A DNA stretch of 64,000 nucleotides from Leucoraja erinacea (lineage: Eukaryota), in assembly GCF_028641065.1 (NCBI RefSeq), contig NC_073377.1:158038001-158102000 (forward strand), given 5' to 3'. Below are positions 62,201 through 64,000 of the stretch, one piece after another. Position 1 is the first letter of the stretch. Every line of letters begins with the position of its first letter. The notes under the pieces are model-generated. The model worked only from the letters and a program-made list of their open reading frames with translations. It was not told where the DNA came from and did no database searches. Position numbers and translations under genes: made by a program.

Positions 62201-63699
62201 CTGAATAGAGTGGGTATCAGACCTACCTTGCCTAGGTATTTGGCTTTTCTTGCAACCTTGTGAATGGCCCTTAAAGCATTGGCAGGAAGTTCCCCCTAAA
62301 AAAATTAAGTTGATTTTTTGAACGTACCTTTCCATGGACCAGAAGCAGCAAGAGTGTTCTCCCTAATATGCATTATATGTTAAACCAGAGAGAGCTGCTC
62401 TCATCTTTTCTCCCAGAATATCAGGTGGAGTTGATTATTGCAGATTAGACCTTTGGATAAGTGGTGAACAAGTTGGAGGGAGGAAGAGGTGGTTATCGGT
62501 AATTGAAGACTTGGTGAGGTGATTGTAACTGCTTGTTGGGTAGCAAGAAGGTGGGTGGTGGTGGTGGTGGTGTGGGGGGCAGCGAAAGGTGTGCAAAGTA
62601 CTATTGATACAGAGTTATTATATATCACATATATATTACTTTAATTAGAATACATACAGAGACCATCAAAATTAGTACTGTAGGCTCTGAGTCGTAAGTA
62701 ACTAACCAACATACCTGCCCGCATTCCACCAGGTGGTCGTGGTAATGTGGAAATCAGACATGGATTATGGATCAGGTCAGCAGCAAAACCGGACATGGAT
62801 CAAATCAGCAACACTGTTTGATCTGCAAAAGGCACGCTGCAACTGTGCTGATCAGTGCCTTGAATTGTGGTGCAGATAAGAATTGAGTGTGGCTCGTTAG
62901 TTCAGATGAGGAGGGGGAGCAAGAGATCAGTGCCCTGGGTCACGGGTGTCATTAGAAAGGAGGAGGAGGAGAGATAGGAAAGAGTGCCTGGAAATCCATG
63001 GGGCAATTGGGATTGCCTGGAGAGTGCTGTCCTTGCAGTGGTGGCAGGAGATCAGAGTTTTGGATGTAGAGGGGGAGGGGGGGCTGCCTGGGGATTGGAC
63101 TGGGGCGGGTTTGTGACTGCAGATCAGTGCCTTGGTTGGCAGGGGTCCTGGGCGATCACAGCCTTGGCATGGTAGTGATCAATACCTTGGCATTGGATAT
63201 GCAAAATCAGGGCTGTGGACATGCCAGGGCTGAGGGCATCTAGTCGGTTTGGGTTTGCACGTGTGACCTATAATTACCAACTAATTAAAGAACTAGTATT
63301 CTGACAGGGCCGGGTTCCAATGCTAGGTTGAGATTTGTTCCAAAATCCTCCTTTAAAAACCACTACAGTCAATTTGTTTTTTTTCCTGATTGTATCAATT
63401 TTGAAGCACACCTTGGATTCTGGAACAACGGAAGCTTTGTACAAAAGAATTATTGTATATAGTTGTATACATAACTGATATAAGTTATGCCATTGGTGAA
63501 AGATTGAGTTGGGATCAATTCTACACAGAATTGATCGGAATTATGCTTCATTCTAGAATAAAGTAATTTTACAGGTATGGGGTTGGAAAATATCGAAGTT
63601 ACATGTCTGAATTACTGGGATAAAATAGGGTAAAAGATTAATCTAATCTTCAGAGTGGCTTAGCATTTGGCAAGTGTTCATCGCTGATGATTAATTAAT

Positions 63700-64000
63700 T
63701 AAAGACTGGATAGACTCGGCTTGCACTCGCTAGAATTTAGAAGATTGAGGGGGGATCTTATAGAAACTTACAAAATTCTTAAGGGGGTTGGACAGGCTAG
63801 ATGCAGGAAGATTGTTCCCGATGTTGGGGAAATCCAGGACAAGGGGTCACAGTTTAAGGATAAGGGGGAAATCTTTTAGGACCGAGATGAGAAAAACATT
63901 TTTCACACAGAGAGTGGTGAATCTCTGGAATTCTCTGCCACAGAAGGTAGTTGTGACCAGTTCATTGGCTAGATTTAAGAGGGAGTTAGATGTGACCCTT
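63700..64000 (+). mobile_element. HER1/CR1 3' fragment, cut by window edge
   Basis: Near reverse-complement of 43390-43620. Confidence 0.85.

Overview
Vertebrate genomic DNA, most likely from an elasmobranch (skate/ray/shark). This is inferred from the HER1-type CR1 tails, HE1/V-type SINEs and the receptor sequence. The only host gene evident is the mineralocorticoid receptor NR3C2 on the minus strand. The window holds its large first coding exon (15231-17011, N-terminal domain), about 15 kb of the following intron, and a largely repeat-free CpG-rich promoter/5'-UTR-exon region (about 17.9-19.7 kb). The upstream ~44 kb has no recognisable host gene and is densely packed with nested transposable elements. 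These include CR1/HER1, Rex1/Babar, L1 and Neptune-type Penelope-like elements (PLEs), a DIRS1-type element with complete terminal/ICR architecture, Tc1, hAT and Harbinger elements/MITEs, V-SINEs, and two copies of a non-autonomous Helitron. The most notable hidden structure is a dispersed family of short PLE-derived elements carrying minimal hammerhead-ribozyme motifs, several in head-to-head palindromic form with 15-bp target-site duplications (TSDs). All calls were made by eye, and boundaries of old repeats are approximate.
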